DNA of 57,735 nucleotides from a virus (Duplodnaviria; Caudoviricetes), in IMG/VR virus record IMGVR_UViG_3300010371_000007, positions 1-57,735 of that record; one strand, written 5' to 3'. Below are positions 9,296 to 19,261 of the stretch, one piece after another (the stretch's first letter is position 1; each line of letters begins with the position of its first letter). Below the pieces are notes generated by a model. It saw only the letters and a program-made list of their open reading frames with translations, had not been told where the DNA came from and did not search any database. A program made the position numbers and the translations under genes.

Positions 9296-11455
9296 GTGGC
9301 CACCCCCCTCCTGCGCGGCACCTTGGGTGTACCCGTCCCGGCAACGTCCGACGGCGGCGCCATGGGTGGTATGGGGTCGAGCGCTGACCCAACAGATACC
9401 ACGGCGCCATCGTCCGCCGCCAATGAATCGATCGCCTCGGGCCTCGCGAAATACATCCGCGACGCCTACGAGGCATCCCGCGACACGCGCAAGCTGCGCG
9501 GCGTGGACGATGACCTGCTTGCCGCCCTGCGCGCCTCGCGCGGCGAGTACGCCCCGGACAAGCTGAAGCAGATTCAGGACTCCGAGTCGACGGACGTGTT
9601 CCTGCGGCTGGCCGCCAACAAGATCCGAGGCGTCGCCGCGGCGTTGCGCGACGTCTACACATCCACGGATCGACCGTGGGGGATCGAGTCGACGGCCGAG
9701 CCGGAGATGCCGCTCGACACCGAGACGGAAAGCATGATCGCGCAACTGCTGCAGACCGAGGTTCGGCAGGCGCAGAACGACGCGGCAGCCAGCGGCCAGC
9801 CGATTCAGCTGACCCCGCAGATGCTGTTCGCACGCCGGCGCGACCTGCGCGACATGCTGTATCAGCACAAGATGCAGGACTCCACGCAGGCACTGCGACA
9901 GCGCGAGAACCAGCTGGACGACCTGCTGCAGCAGGGTGGGTTCTACTCTGCGCTTTGGTCGTTCCTGCAAGACATCGCCACATTCCCCTACGCCGTGCTG
10001 AAGGGACCGGTGGTGTACTACCGCAACCAGATGCACTGGGAAGGTGGGAAGGCCGTCGTCAAGAACGAGCCGACCATGACGTGGGAGCGGTGCTCACCGT
10101 TCGACGTCTACGTCGCGCCATGGTCCCAGTCGGCGCAGGACGGCTACATCGTCCATAAGCAACGGATCAACCGGCAGGCGTTGCAGTCCCTGATTGGGCT
10201 GCCGGCCTACGACACCGATGCGATCAAGTCGATCCTCGACCGTCAGCCGGAGTCGTTCAAGGACTGGTTCTCGTACACGGAGTGGGAGCGCTCGGTGCTG
10301 GAGCAGCGCGAGTCCGACCAGACGCAGAGCTACCGCACGGACGCCGTGGACCGGCCGTTCCCGATGCTGGAGTTCCATGGCAGTGTGAGCGGCGACCTGC
10401 TGATCGACTGGGGTATGGACGCGAAGGATGTCCCCGATGCCACGCAGGATCTGAACATCACGGGCTGGCTGATCGACGACACGGTGATCGGTGTGCGCAT
10501 CAACCCGCACCCGCTCGGCAACAAGCCGTTCTACATCGACTCGTTCGAGCGCGTGCCCGGCAGCGTGATCGGCCTCGGCGTCCCGAAGATGATCGAGGAC
10601 ATCTGCGACGCAGGCAACGCCACGTTCCGCGCGCTGATCAACAACATGGCGATCGCCAGCGGCCCGCAGGTGGCCGTGAACGAAGGTCGGCTCGACCCCG
10701 AGGAGAAAGACCTCACGATGTTCCCGTGGAAGGTCTGGCCATTCACGGATGACCCCATGGGCCAAGGCAGCCAGCCGCCGATCAATTTCTTCCAGCCCAG
10801 CTCGAACGCCAACGAGCTGATGGGTGTGTTGGAGAAGCTGATGCAGATGGCGGACATCTTCAGCGCCATGCCGCAGTTCATGCAGGGCGACCCGCAGGGG
10901 ATGTCGACGATCGGCCGCACATCGAGCGGCTTGTCGATGCTCATGGACGCCGCGAACCGCACCATGAAACAGGCGGTCACCAGCATCGACAAGAACGTGA
11001 TCGAGCCGGCCGTCATCGACCTGAACATCTACCTGTCGCTGACGCGGCCCGACCTCGTGGACGACGGCGACATCAACGTGGTGGCGAAGGGCGCCACGCA
11101 GCTCGTGCAGCGCGACCAGCTGCGCATGCGCCGCGCGCAGTTCCTGCAGGTCACGGCGAACCCCACCGACCTTGCGATCGTCGGCCCGCAGTTCCGCACG
11201 GAGCTGATCAAGGAAATGGCCAACGACCTGCAGCTGCCCACCGACTCCATCGGCCGCGGCGTGCCGCAGATGGGCGTGGCGCCCGGTCAGGGCGCACCCG
11301 GCCAGCCGCCGCAGCAACCCAACCCTCCGGCGCCGGGTGGCGCCATGGGTGGTCCGTCTGGCCCCGGCACCCCGCCGTCGGCGCAGGCGCCCAACGTCCC
11401 GGCGACGCCGGCACCGCAACCCGCCGCCGATGGCGCGGCACCACCGAAGGCATGA
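9296..11455 (+). CDS. Portal protein (719 aa)
   Basis: GTG start with GGAG RBS; size, position before scaffold and capsid, GRTSSGLSMLM motif, Pro/Gly/Gln-rich tail. Confidence 0.85.
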   Translation: MATPLLRGTLGVPVPATSDGGAMGGMGSSADPTDTTAPSSAANESIASGLAKYIRDAYEASRDTRKLRGVDDDLLAALRASRGEYAPDKLKQIQDSESTDVFLRLAANKIRGVAAALRDVYTSTDRPWGIESTAEPEMPLDTETESMIAQLLQTEVRQAQNDAAASGQPIQLTPQMLFARRRDLRDMLYQHKMQDSTQALRQRENQLDDLLQQGGFYSALWSFLQDIATFPYAVLKGPVVYYRNQMHWEGGKAVVKNEPTMTWERCSPFDVYVAPWSQSAQDGYIVHKQRINRQALQSLIGLPAYDTDAIKSILDRQPESFKDWFSYTEWERSVLEQRESDQTQSYRTDAVDRPFPMLEFHGSVSGDLLIDWGMDAKDVPDATQDLNITGWLIDDTVIGVRINPHPLGNKPFYIDSFERVPGSVIGLGVPKMIEDICDAGNATFRALINNMAIASGPQVAVNEGRLDPEEKDLTMFPWKVWPFTDDPMGQGSQPPINFFQPSSNANELMGVLEKLMQMADIFSAMPQFMQGDPQGMSTIGRTSSGLSMLMDAANRTMKQAVTSIDKNVIEPAVIDLNIYLSLTRPDLVDDGDINVVAKGATQLVQRDQLRMRRAQFLQVTANPTDLAIVGPQFRTELIKEMANDLQLPTDSIGRGVPQMGVAPGQGAPGQPPQQPNPPAPGGAMGGPSGPGTPPSAQAPNVPATPAPQPAADGAAPPKA

Positions 11456-11459
11456 TCCC

Positions 11460-11627
11460 ATGGCACAGAAGGCAAACCTCGGCACCGGCAAGTCGAAAGT
11501 GATCAGCAGCAAGACCTCGCAGACACCGACCCCGGTCAAGACCCCCACCCTGAAGCCGTTCCCGGCGAACAAGTCGGGCAACAAGAACGGCAACAAGCGT
11601 CAGGCGCCGTCGGTCACCGTCTCGTGA
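11460..11627 (+). CDS. Small basic protein (55 aa)
   Basis: Fills the gap after the portal; Lys/Pro-rich. Confidence 0.5.
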   Translation: MAQKANLGTGKSKVISSKTSQTPTPVKTPTLKPFPANKSGNKNGNKRQAPSVTVS

Positions 11628-11863
11628 GTGACCTGACGGTCCCGAAGGCGTACAGCAAGGAAGCCCAGCTGCGGCTGACCGAAGCGGTTTGCGCCCTTCG
11701 GCTCAGCCCGGCGTTCAAGGTCGTCCTGACCTGCATGGAAGACCTGCTCGCGCAGCAGAAAGATGCACTCGTCACCAACACGTCAGCGGCCGTTCCGAAC
11801 CTCCAAGGTCGGGCACAACAGCTGAACGACATCATCGCTATCCTCAACAGGAAAAATACCTAA
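11624..11863 (+). CDS. Small head-associated protein
   Basis: Coupled overlaps at both ends; helical with QGRAQ-L motif; between portal and scaffold. Confidence 0.6.
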   Translation: MSDLTVPKAYSKEAQLRLTEAVCALRLSPAFKVVLTCMEDLLAQQKDALVTNTSAAVPNLQGRAQQLNDIIAILNRKNT

Positions 11864-12921
11864 TGGCTACCCCCCAGCGCGTACGCGACGCCGCCCGTGA
11901 GGCGGACGAACAGATCACGGCGATCCAGAACGCGGATGGCGTACCGGACGATGGCGCCCCGGCGCCCGATGGCGCGCCGCGTGACCCCGATACCCAGTTC
12001 GGCGTAGGCCAGCAGGTCACGCAGATCGGTGGCGACGGCGCACCGCCGTCCGGCACGGGTCCGATCACGGCCGAGGCGTACGCACAGCTGCAGCAGCGGC
12101 TGGCGACGCTGGAGGGTAACTTCAACCGCACCAACGCCGAGCTGGCGGCCGAGCGCGGCCGTTCGCAGACGCTGGAGCGCATGCTGGAGCGCCGGGTCGA
12201 GCAGCCGCCTGCCGCGCCGGCGCCGGCCGCGCCGCGGTCCAGCGTGACCGAGCAGGAGATCGAGGAATACGGCGCCGACCTGACGGACTTCGTGCGCCGT
12301 ATCGTGGGCGATGGCGTCCGGCCGCTGCTGGACAAGATCCAGAGCATGGAGTCGGCGCTGGCCGGCGTGCGCAACACCTCCGAGGCGACGGCGCAGGTGA
12401 CCCGGAACACGGTCGAGCAGCAATTCGCCGCGCGCATGAACCAGCTGGTGGTCGATGCGCAGGGCGCTCCCGACTGGGAACATATCAATCACATGCACGA
12501 AAGCGGTGACACGCGGTTTGTTGACTGGCTGCAAAAAGTCGGTGAAGATAGCGACGAGCCGAGGTTGGGCATCATCCAGCGAGCTTTCCAGAGGGGGGAC
12601 GCTGACCGATGCGCTCGGATGATCAATCGATTCAAGCAGGACGTGGGAATGGCTGACGGCAATGCCCGTCCAGCCGCCACGCCTCCGCCGGCGAATCCCG
12701 CCGCTGCGCTTGTGTCCCCCTCAGCCTCAGCTGCCTCGACGTCGCCCGGCCGCAATGCGCGGCCGCAGCGGACGTACACGGTGGAAGACGTCAACCGTCA
12801 CTACGACGAGAAGACGAAGGGCAAGTGGAAGGGTCGCGAAGCGAAGTGGCAGGAGATCGCCGACGACATGGACCGGGCAGTGGCGGAGAGTCGGTTTGCC
12901 GACTCCACGCGCCGCCGGTAA
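11863..12921 (+). CDS. Capsid scaffolding protein
   Basis: Acidic/Pro-rich N-terminus, coiled coil, basic C-terminus, immediately before the capsid gene. Confidence 0.75.
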   Translation: MATPQRVRDAAREADEQITAIQNADGVPDDGAPAPDGAPRDPDTQFGVGQQVTQIGGDGAPPSGTGPITAEAYAQLQQRLATLEGNFNRTNAELAAERGRSQTLERMLERRVEQPPAAPAPAAPRSSVTEQEIEEYGADLTDFVRRIVGDGVRPLLDKIQSMESALAGVRNTSEATAQVTRNTVEQQFAARMNQLVVDAQGAPDWEHINHMHESGDTRFVDWLQKVGEDSDEPRLGIIQRAFQRGDADRCARMINRFKQDVGMADGNARPAATPPPANPAAALVSPSASAASTSPGRNARPQRTYTVEDVNRHYDEKTKGKWKGREAKWQEIADDMDRAVAESRFADSTRRR

Positions 12922-12949
12922 CGCGATCCGCCACTACTGAGGAGCCATC

Positions 12950-13873
12950 ATGGCCGTCTATCCCATCGCCGCAGGGCAGCCGGATTACTCCGGTAATATC
13001 ATCCCGACCCTCTGGTCGCGCAAGCTGCTGGAGCGCTTCTACGACGCCGCTGTCGTCCCCGCGATCTCGACCACCGACTACCTCGGTGAGATCAAGAACA
13101 TGGGCGACACCGTGGTGATCAACCAAGTACCGGACATCACCATCACGCCGTACAAGATGGGTGACAACCTCACCAATCAGCGGCCGACGCAGACCACGCT
13201 GGACCTGATGATCGATCAGGGCAACTACTGGTCGTTCATCCTCGACGACGTCGCCGATGCGCAGGCCATGTTCAACATGACCGGCCCGTGGGCGGACAAC
13301 GCGTCCGAGAAGATGAAGATCACCGTCGATACCGAGGTGCTGGCGTTCCTGCGTACCCGCGCGGCCGCGGCGAACAAGGGCGCGACGGCGGGCCGTATCT
13401 CGGCCAACATCAACCTCGGTGCCACCGGTGCACCGCTCTCGCTGACGCCGGCCAACATCATCGACACGATCATCGATCTCGGTCTGGTGCTGGACGAGCA
13501 GAACATCCCCGAGACCGGCCGCAAGCTGGTCATGCCGATGTCCTACGCGGCGATGCTGAAAAAGTCCGACCTGCGCAACGCGTCGATCACCGGTGACACG
13601 GTGAGCGTGATGCGCAACGGCCTGCTCGGCACCATCGACCGGTTCGAGATCTACGGCTCGAACCTGATGCCGACGGCGGTGGAAGGCGCGGCCACCGCGT
13701 CGTACATCTACGCGATCCACCCGATGGCGCTGACCTTCGCCACCCAGCTGGTGAAGTCGGAGACCATCCGGTCGGAGAGCACGTTCGGCACGATCATGCG
13801 CGGCCTGCAGGTCTACGGCCGTGGCGTGCCGCAGCCGACGGCGCTCGCCACCGCGTATGCGGTGAAGGGCTAA
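12950..13873 (+). CDS. Major capsid protein
   Basis: IPTLWS-KLL...Y-GEIK-MGDTV-I pattern, GAGGAG RBS, strong codon bias, followed by a terminator. Confidence 0.9.
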   Translation: MAVYPIAAGQPDYSGNIIPTLWSRKLLERFYDAAVVPAISTTDYLGEIKNMGDTVVINQVPDITITPYKMGDNLTNQRPTQTTLDLMIDQGNYWSFILDDVADAQAMFNMTGPWADNASEKMKITVDTEVLAFLRTRAAAANKGATAGRISANINLGATGAPLSLTPANIIDTIIDLGLVLDEQNIPETGRKLVMPMSYAAMLKKSDLRNASITGDTVSVMRNGLLGTIDRFEIYGSNLMPTAVEGAATASYIYAIHPMALTFATQLVKSETIRSESTFGTIMRGLQVYGRGVPQPTALATAYAVKG

Positions 13874-13903
13874 GCGTAGCGAGGTTTCTCGCAGCGTGAC
13901 CTT

Positions 13904-13930
13904 ACCCCCGGCTTCGGCCGGGGGTTCTTT
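13904..13930 (+). terminator. Intrinsic terminator with C(UUCG)G tetraloop
   Basis: ACCCCCGGC-TTCG-GCCGGGGGT then TCTTT. Confidence 0.85.
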
Positions 13931-13948
13931 CCGGCCCATGGAGGCGTC

Positions 13949-14287
13949 ATGTCCAAGATCGAAGAGAAAGTCGAGGCATTGTTCTCGCACTACCTGCACA
14001 AGCCGAGCGGTGAAACCGTCGCGGCACTGAAGTTCCCGGCGGGGTACGAGGACCGCAATCCGGGCGAGTTCGAGGGCGTTGCAGGCACCGAGAAGGCTGC
14101 TGCCACGCCGCCGCTGCCCGCCGACCCCGTGCCCGCCGACCCCGTGCTGCAGTTCGAGCCTGCGCCCGCTGACCCCGTGCCCGTCGAGCCCGTGCTGCAG
14201 TTCGAGCCTGCGCCTGCTGACCCCGCGCCCGTTGATCTGGCGCCTGCCGCCGGCGATACTGGCGAGGAAGAAATTTCCACCGAGTAA
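13949..14287 (+). CDS. Acidic Pro-rich protein with a 16-aa tandem repeat
   Basis: GGAGG RBS; PADPVPxxPVLQFEPA repeated twice (48-bp unit, about 14117-14230). Confidence 0.7.
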   Translation: MSKIEEKVEALFSHYLHKPSGETVAALKFPAGYEDRNPGEFEGVAGTEKAAATPPLPADPVPADPVLQFEPAPADPVPVEPVLQFEPAPADPAPVDLAPAAGDTGEEEISTE

Positions 14288-14298
14288 TCGAGGACGCC

Positions 14299-14664
14299 AT
14301 GGGTTACAAGGTCTCTGATCTGCTGGATCGCGTTCGTCAGGTCCTCCAAGATCAGGACCAAGGGCGTGGCTTCCGATACCCCACGAGCGATCTCGTGGGG
14401 TATCTCAACGATGCGGTGTCCGAGGCGAAGCGCCTCCGCCCCGACATGTTCGTCGGCACGTTCCAGCTCAGCCGCAGCTTCGTTTCGACCGACCCCTCGA
14501 CTGACTACTCGGCGGTTGACTTCCCCCTAGCCGATACGTGCTTCAGCGCCTGCGTTGGGTATGTCGCCGGCTGGGCGGAGATCCGTGATGACGAGTTTGC
14601 CGTCGACGGCCGCGCGATGACGTTCATCACGGCGTTCACGCAGAAACTGATCGGAGCCGCGTGA
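14299..14664 (+). CDS. Head-tail adaptor-like protein
   Basis: R..LQD...R...L..YLN.A...RPD pattern and position. Confidence 0.6.
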   Translation: MGYKVSDLLDRVRQVLQDQDQGRGFRYPTSDLVGYLNDAVSEAKRLRPDMFVGTFQLSRSFVSTDPSTDYSAVDFPLADTCFSACVGYVAGWAEIRDDEFAVDGRAMTFITAFTQKLIGAA

Positions 14665-15311
14665 TGGCGAACTTCAAGGATTTCTACGACTACATCATGC
14701 CAGTGCTCCGCGGTGTCGATGCGCCCATGGTGGACTTCGAGTTGCGCAAGGCGATCCGTGATTGGCAGCGCTCGACGACCATGTGGCGTGAGGCTGTCCC
14801 GCTCACGTTCCAGCCCGGCGTGACGGACTACCGCGTCGAAGCGCGCGACGGCGGCCTCATTGCGGGCATTCTGTCGATGCCCTACCCGACGGACCCATCG
14901 CGGTCGATGCCGTCGGTGGTCGAGTCCCATCGCTGGCCGGAGGGCTACTTGCCTGAGCCCGGCACGCCAGATGGCTGGTGGCAGCTGTACCCCGGCGTCA
15001 TCCGCATCAACCGGCCGCCGGATGCTGCCTACCCGGTCACCGTGTTGATCTACAAGCAGCTGACGCAGGACCCCGCGGACGACTACGTGCCCGACGACCT
15101 GTTCGACGACTACGCGGAGAAGGTCGCGTCCGGCGCGCTCGCGCAGTTCTTCGCGATGCCTGCCAAGCCGTGGCGCGACACGTCCATGGCCAGCTACCAC
15201 ATGATGAACTTCACCAAGGCGAAGCAGGCACTCCGCGCCAAAGTACGGCGTGGTGGTGCGACGGCGCAGCCGCGCGTGAAGGCACCCACCTTCGCCGGCA
15301 GGATTCGTTGA
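14664..15311 (+). CDS. Adaptor / tail tubular A-like protein
   Basis: Position; GAL..F.MP.KPW pattern. Confidence 0.55.
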   Translation: MANFKDFYDYIMPVLRGVDAPMVDFELRKAIRDWQRSTTMWREAVPLTFQPGVTDYRVEARDGGLIAGILSMPYPTDPSRSMPSVVESHRWPEGYLPEPGTPDGWWQLYPGVIRINRPPDAAYPVTVLIYKQLTQDPADDYVPDDLFDDYAEKVASGALAQFFAMPAKPWRDTSMASYHMMNFTKAKQALRAKVRRGGATAQPRVKAPTFAGRIR

Positions 15312-15312
15312 C

Positions 15313-16413
15313 ATGGCCAAGTACCTCTACGCCAACAATGCGCGCAGCTCGTTGCTCGGCAACGTCGCACCGACGGACCCCGCCATCACGCTGCCCAACG
15401 GCGACGGCGCGCTGTTTCCGATGCCGGCGGCTGGCAAGACGTTTCTTTTGACGATCGAGGACATCACAGGCAATATCGAGATCGTCGAGTGCACCGCGCG
15501 TACGGCGGACACGCTGACCGTGACTCGCGGACGCGAGGGAACACTCGCTCGCGCGTTTTCTGCCTCGACGCTGGTCGAGATGCGGATCACTGCAGGCATG
15601 CTCGGCAACATCGACTGGACGGCGTTCGCTGGCACCGCGAATGGTGTCGCGACGCTCGACGGCGACGCAAAGCTCCCGATCGCGCAGTTCGACACGCCGC
15701 TGCAGACGTTCGGCGATGCGCGCTGGAATGCAAAGCTCAACTTCACGCCCGTGCAGCAGGGTGGTGGCGCAGGCCAGCTGACGAACAAGGTTTACGTGGG
15801 GTGGAATGGCGCGGACGTAACGATGCAGGTCGACGCCACGGGGATGGGCGCTATCGCATCGAAAGCGTGGGTCGCGACCACGACCGTTGCGAACGCGAAC
15901 AAGCTCACCAACGCGCGAAACATCGCACTGACCGGGACGGTCACAGGCAGTGCGAACTTCGACGGCTCTGGCAACATAGCGCTCGCGACGTCGATCGGTG
16001 CCGCAGCGCTTTCGACGGCGATGACCAACGGGCTCGATGCGGCGCTCGCCGCACGCCCGCAGAACAACGCGACGAATGCTGCCAGCATCACGTTCACTGG
16101 CACGATCACGGGCGGCTCTGTGATCGACAGTTCCGACATGCGGATCAAGGAAAACATCGACAGCATGGCGCTCGACGACGCCGTGGGCATCGTCATGCAG
16201 TCGCGCCCGGTGCGCTACCACAACCTGCAAACGGACCGCGCTGACTTCGGGTTCGTTGCGGACGAGCAGGCGGACGTCACCCCCGAGCTGATCTTCGAGG
16301 GTCCCGGCGACAAGAAACTCAAGGGTATGGCTTACCAGCGGATGACGTCACCGATCACGCGCGTCTTGCAGGCGCTTATCGAAGACGCACGCTCGCGCGG
16401 AGTGCAGATCTGA
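15313..16413 (+). CDS. Tail spike/fibre with C-terminal intramolecular chaperone (peptidase S74-like)
   Basis: EIV-CT-R...LTV-RG-EGT N-terminus; SDMRIKENI...GFVADE chaperone signature. Confidence 0.75.
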   Translation: MAKYLYANNARSSLLGNVAPTDPAITLPNGDGALFPMPAAGKTFLLTIEDITGNIEIVECTARTADTLTVTRGREGTLARAFSASTLVEMRITAGMLGNIDWTAFAGTANGVATLDGDAKLPIAQFDTPLQTFGDARWNAKLNFTPVQQGGGAGQLTNKVYVGWNGADVTMQVDATGMGAIASKAWVATTTVANANKLTNARNIALTGTVTGSANFDGSGNIALATSIGAAALSTAMTNGLDAALAARPQNNATNAASITFTGTITGGSVIDSSDMRIKENIDSMALDDAVGIVMQSRPVRYHNLQTDRADFGFVADEQADVTPELIFEGPGDKKLKGMAYQRMTSPITRVLQALIEDARSRGVQI

Positions 16414-16898
16414 TGGCGGTCCCCGGGCCTCCGGTGTCCCTGTCTGCGGTGCGCGCGGAGTTCGGCGCGCCGGCAGGCACGCCGCTGCACGCGTTCGTGC
16501 GCGGTGGTGCGTGGGTACCGGATACGGCGCAGAACGCTGGTGTTCCGACGGCACCTCCGATCCGTTTGGCGCAGCTGGCCGGCGCGGTGAAATACCAGCC
16601 GGTGACAGCCACGGCGGCGCCTACGTCTGTGTCTGGTAGTGGTAGCGGCCCCAACCCGAGCGGCTTCGTGGCCAGCAACACGGTCACCGTCACTGGGCAC
16701 GGTGGCAATGCCGCCTACACCTACAGCTGGAGCATCATCTCTGGCTCAGTGACAATAAACGCGCCCAGTAGTGCGTCGACCTATTTTTCCGCGCAGGTGT
16801 TCAATACGCTCGACGCCGTTGCGCGCTGCACCGTTTCCGATGGCACGACGTCGAGCTACGTGGACGTGCCGGTCTCGCTCACGTACACGAGGGACTAG
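16413..16898 (+). CDS. Small tail-tip/adhesin-like protein
   Basis: VSLSAVRAEFG N-terminus and beta-rich Ig-like C-terminus; coupled to the spike gene. Confidence 0.55.
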   Translation: MAVPGPPVSLSAVRAEFGAPAGTPLHAFVRGGAWVPDTAQNAGVPTAPPIRLAQLAGAVKYQPVTATAAPTSVSGSGSGPNPSGFVASNTVTVTGHGGNAAYTYSWSIISGSVTINAPSSASTYFSAQVFNTLDAVARCTVSDGTTSSYVDVPVSLTYTRD

Positions 16899-16903
16899 GG
16901 TCA

Positions 16904-18679
16904 ATGACGATCCTGCGCATCTCTGGCTTCGGCGGCATCATCCCGCGACTGGGAAGCCGACTGCTGCCTGACAACGCTGCGCAGTACGCGCTCAATGCGC
17001 AGCTGTTCTCTGGCGAGCTTCGCAGCTGGAGCCAGCTGAAGCTGCTCGCGACGTATGCGTCGCACCCCAACCTGCAGGACGTTTTTCACTACCGCCACCC
17101 GAACGACCCGACGCTGACGAACTACTACATCCCGTTCGACCAGCGCACGGACGTGGTGAAGGCGCCGATCATCAACGATGCGTACAACCGGCTCTACTGG
17201 ACGGATGGTATCAAGTTCACCATCACGACGATGGCCGATGTCGAGGCGGGCACGCCGGGCCAACCGGTCGGCCTACCCCCACCGACGTTCGGGACGACGC
17301 CTGCGATCGCCACCGCGGGTGGTACATCGGCGAATGCCGTTACGCGCGTGTACACGTTCATCCTCGTGTCGAAGTACGGCGAGGAAGGCCCGGCCAGCGA
17401 CACGTCCACGATCACTGTGTCGGGCAACAGTGACGGCACGTGGACGATCACCAACGCAAACACGCTGGTGGCGCCCACGAACCCGAACATCATCAAGCTG
17501 CGGATGTACCGCACGATCGCGTCGCTCACCTCGAACACCGTCACATATCGTGAAGTGGTGGAGTGGGACATCGGCAGCGTGCCTGCCAGCTACTCGGATG
17601 TGATGTCAGAGACCACGCTGGCGACGCAGCCCGCCATGCAGTCGCTGCAATGGGATGCGCCGCCGGCCGACCTGAAGGGTCTGTGTGCTGGCCCGAACGG
17701 CATGCTGTCGGCGTTCAAGGGTCGCACGGTGTATTTCAGCGTGCCGTGGTTCCCGCACGCATGGCCCGACAGCTACCAGATCGCGGTGCCTGAAGACATC
17801 GTGGCCATCGGGTGGATCGGTTCGCTGCTGGTGATCGGCACGACCGGACGCCCAGCCGTGGTGTCAGGCACGAGCCCGACGTCGCTCTCCACACAGAACT
17901 TCGGCGAAGTCATCCCTTGCCTGTCGCAGGACGGCTTCGTGTGCACGTCGACCGCTGCGTTCTACCCGTCGCTGGATGGCTTGATCTCGCTCTCGGCCGA
18001 CGGCGTGGTGAACAACAGCAACGCGTTCGCCACGCGCAAGGACTGGCTGGCGCGGTTCCCGCCAGTGTCGACGTCCGGCGCGATCTACCAGAGCCGGTAC
18101 TTCGGGTTCTACTCGTCACAGCTGGGCTACTCGCTCGGTTTCGACGACGCGACGACGGGCCTCACGGACCTGCAGGTCAACGGCGTGAAGCGGATCAAGA
18201 ACTCCGCCGTGGACAATAGTGCGCACGTCATCATCGGTGACCAGCTGTTCCAGTGGGATGGTGCGGTGGACAGCCCGCTGGTGTTCGTGTGGCGGTCGAA
18301 ACCGTTCATGGTGCCGAAGCCGGTGAACATGGGCGTACTGCAGGTGCGCGGCGATTTCCTCGCGTTCGGCAACGCACCGGCGCCGCCGGCACCGCCGCCG
18401 TTCGACCCATCGGGCTACGCCATCGACGACAAGGGCATCAACGAGGGCGGCATCAACGGGCTGGGTGTCCCACAGCAGTCGCTGGCCTCGGACTCGATCG
18501 GCGTGAAGGTCTACGCGGACGACACGCTCGTGTGGGTCGGTGTGGTGAACTCGGAGGAGCCGGTTAACCTGCCGTCGGGCTTCAAGGCGGTAAAGTGGGA
18601 AGTCGAGGTATCCGGCACCCTCTCAGTGTTCTCGGTAGTGCTGGCCGGTACGCGGAAAGAACTGGAGAACGTCCCATGA
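16904..18679 (+). CDS. Tail nozzle / DNA-stabilisation protein (tubular B-like)
   Basis: F-G-IPR...LP-NAAQ-A-N start, beta-rich, W-SK-F motif near the C-terminus. Confidence 0.7.
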   Translation: MTILRISGFGGIIPRLGSRLLPDNAAQYALNAQLFSGELRSWSQLKLLATYASHPNLQDVFHYRHPNDPTLTNYYIPFDQRTDVVKAPIINDAYNRLYWTDGIKFTITTMADVEAGTPGQPVGLPPPTFGTTPAIATAGGTSANAVTRVYTFILVSKYGEEGPASDTSTITVSGNSDGTWTITNANTLVAPTNPNIIKLRMYRTIASLTSNTVTYREVVEWDIGSVPASYSDVMSETTLATQPAMQSLQWDAPPADLKGLCAGPNGMLSAFKGRTVYFSVPWFPHAWPDSYQIAVPEDIVAIGWIGSLLVIGTTGRPAVVSGTSPTSLSTQNFGEVIPCLSQDGFVCTSTAAFYPSLDGLISLSADGVVNNSNAFATRKDWLARFPPVSTSGAIYQSRYFGFYSSQLGYSLGFDDATTGLTDLQVNGVKRIKNSAVDNSAHVIIGDQLFQWDGAVDSPLVFVWRSKPFMVPKPVNMGVLQVRGDFLAFGNAPAPPAPPPFDPSGYAIDDKGINEGGINGLGVPQQSLASDSIGVKVYADDTLVWVGVVNSEEPVNLPSGFKAVKWEVEVSGTLSVFSVVLAGTRKELENVP

Positions 18680-18867
18680 CGGATGTCAAGAAAATCGATG
18701 TCACGACCCACATCGGCGCGACGCCGAAGTTTCAGCTGGAGAAGCTCGCCGAGGCGGTCAACATGCTGCAGGGTGTCACCGACGATGACCAGCGCGCGAC
18801 TCGGAAGTTCGAGTTCGAGCAGCGGCTGGCAGCGGTGGAGGCCCGGCTGAAGAACGCCGGTGTGTGA
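18676..18867 (+). CDS. Small virion protein (63 aa)
   Basis: ATGA overlap, GGAG RBS. Confidence 0.55.
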   Translation: MTDVKKIDVTTHIGATPKFQLEKLAEAVNMLQGVTDDDQRATRKFEFEQRLAAVEARLKNAGV

Positions 18868-19246
18868 CGACCCGAACTACCTCGCGCGCCTGCTCTACGC
18901 GCGCGTGATGTCGGCGCACGAGACGGTGGGCGCCCCCATCGAGCCGTTCGGCGAATTCGCTGCCGGGGAGTGGGAGCTGACACATCTCGGCACGGACGGC
19001 GTGATCGGGTTCAAGCTCTGCCCGGAGAAGGATGGCGACAGTGTGATCGTGGCCCTCCCGACGAACCATTCCCCCGCGGCGTCGCGCCGGGTCGTCCGGT
19101 TGATATGGGGGAGGGTTCGCACCGGGCGGAAGGTCTACAGTGCGGCATGGAAAAACCATACGCTGGCGGTTAATATCAACGTCAGGATGGGCGCACGGGC
19201 GCTCGGGGAAACACCCGGCGGGTACTTCCACTTCGTGTACGAGTAG
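18860..19246 (+). CDS. Hypothetical protein, possibly GNAT-like
   Basis: N..A.....RMG.R C-terminal pattern; position before the ejection genes. Confidence 0.45.
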   Translation: MCDDPNYLARLLYARVMSAHETVGAPIEPFGEFAAGEWELTHLGTDGVIGFKLCPEKDGDSVIVALPTNHSPAASRRVVRLIWGRVRTGRKVYSAAWKNHTLAVNINVRMGARALGETPGGYFHFVYE

Positions 19247-19261
19247 CTGAGGAGCACTCCG

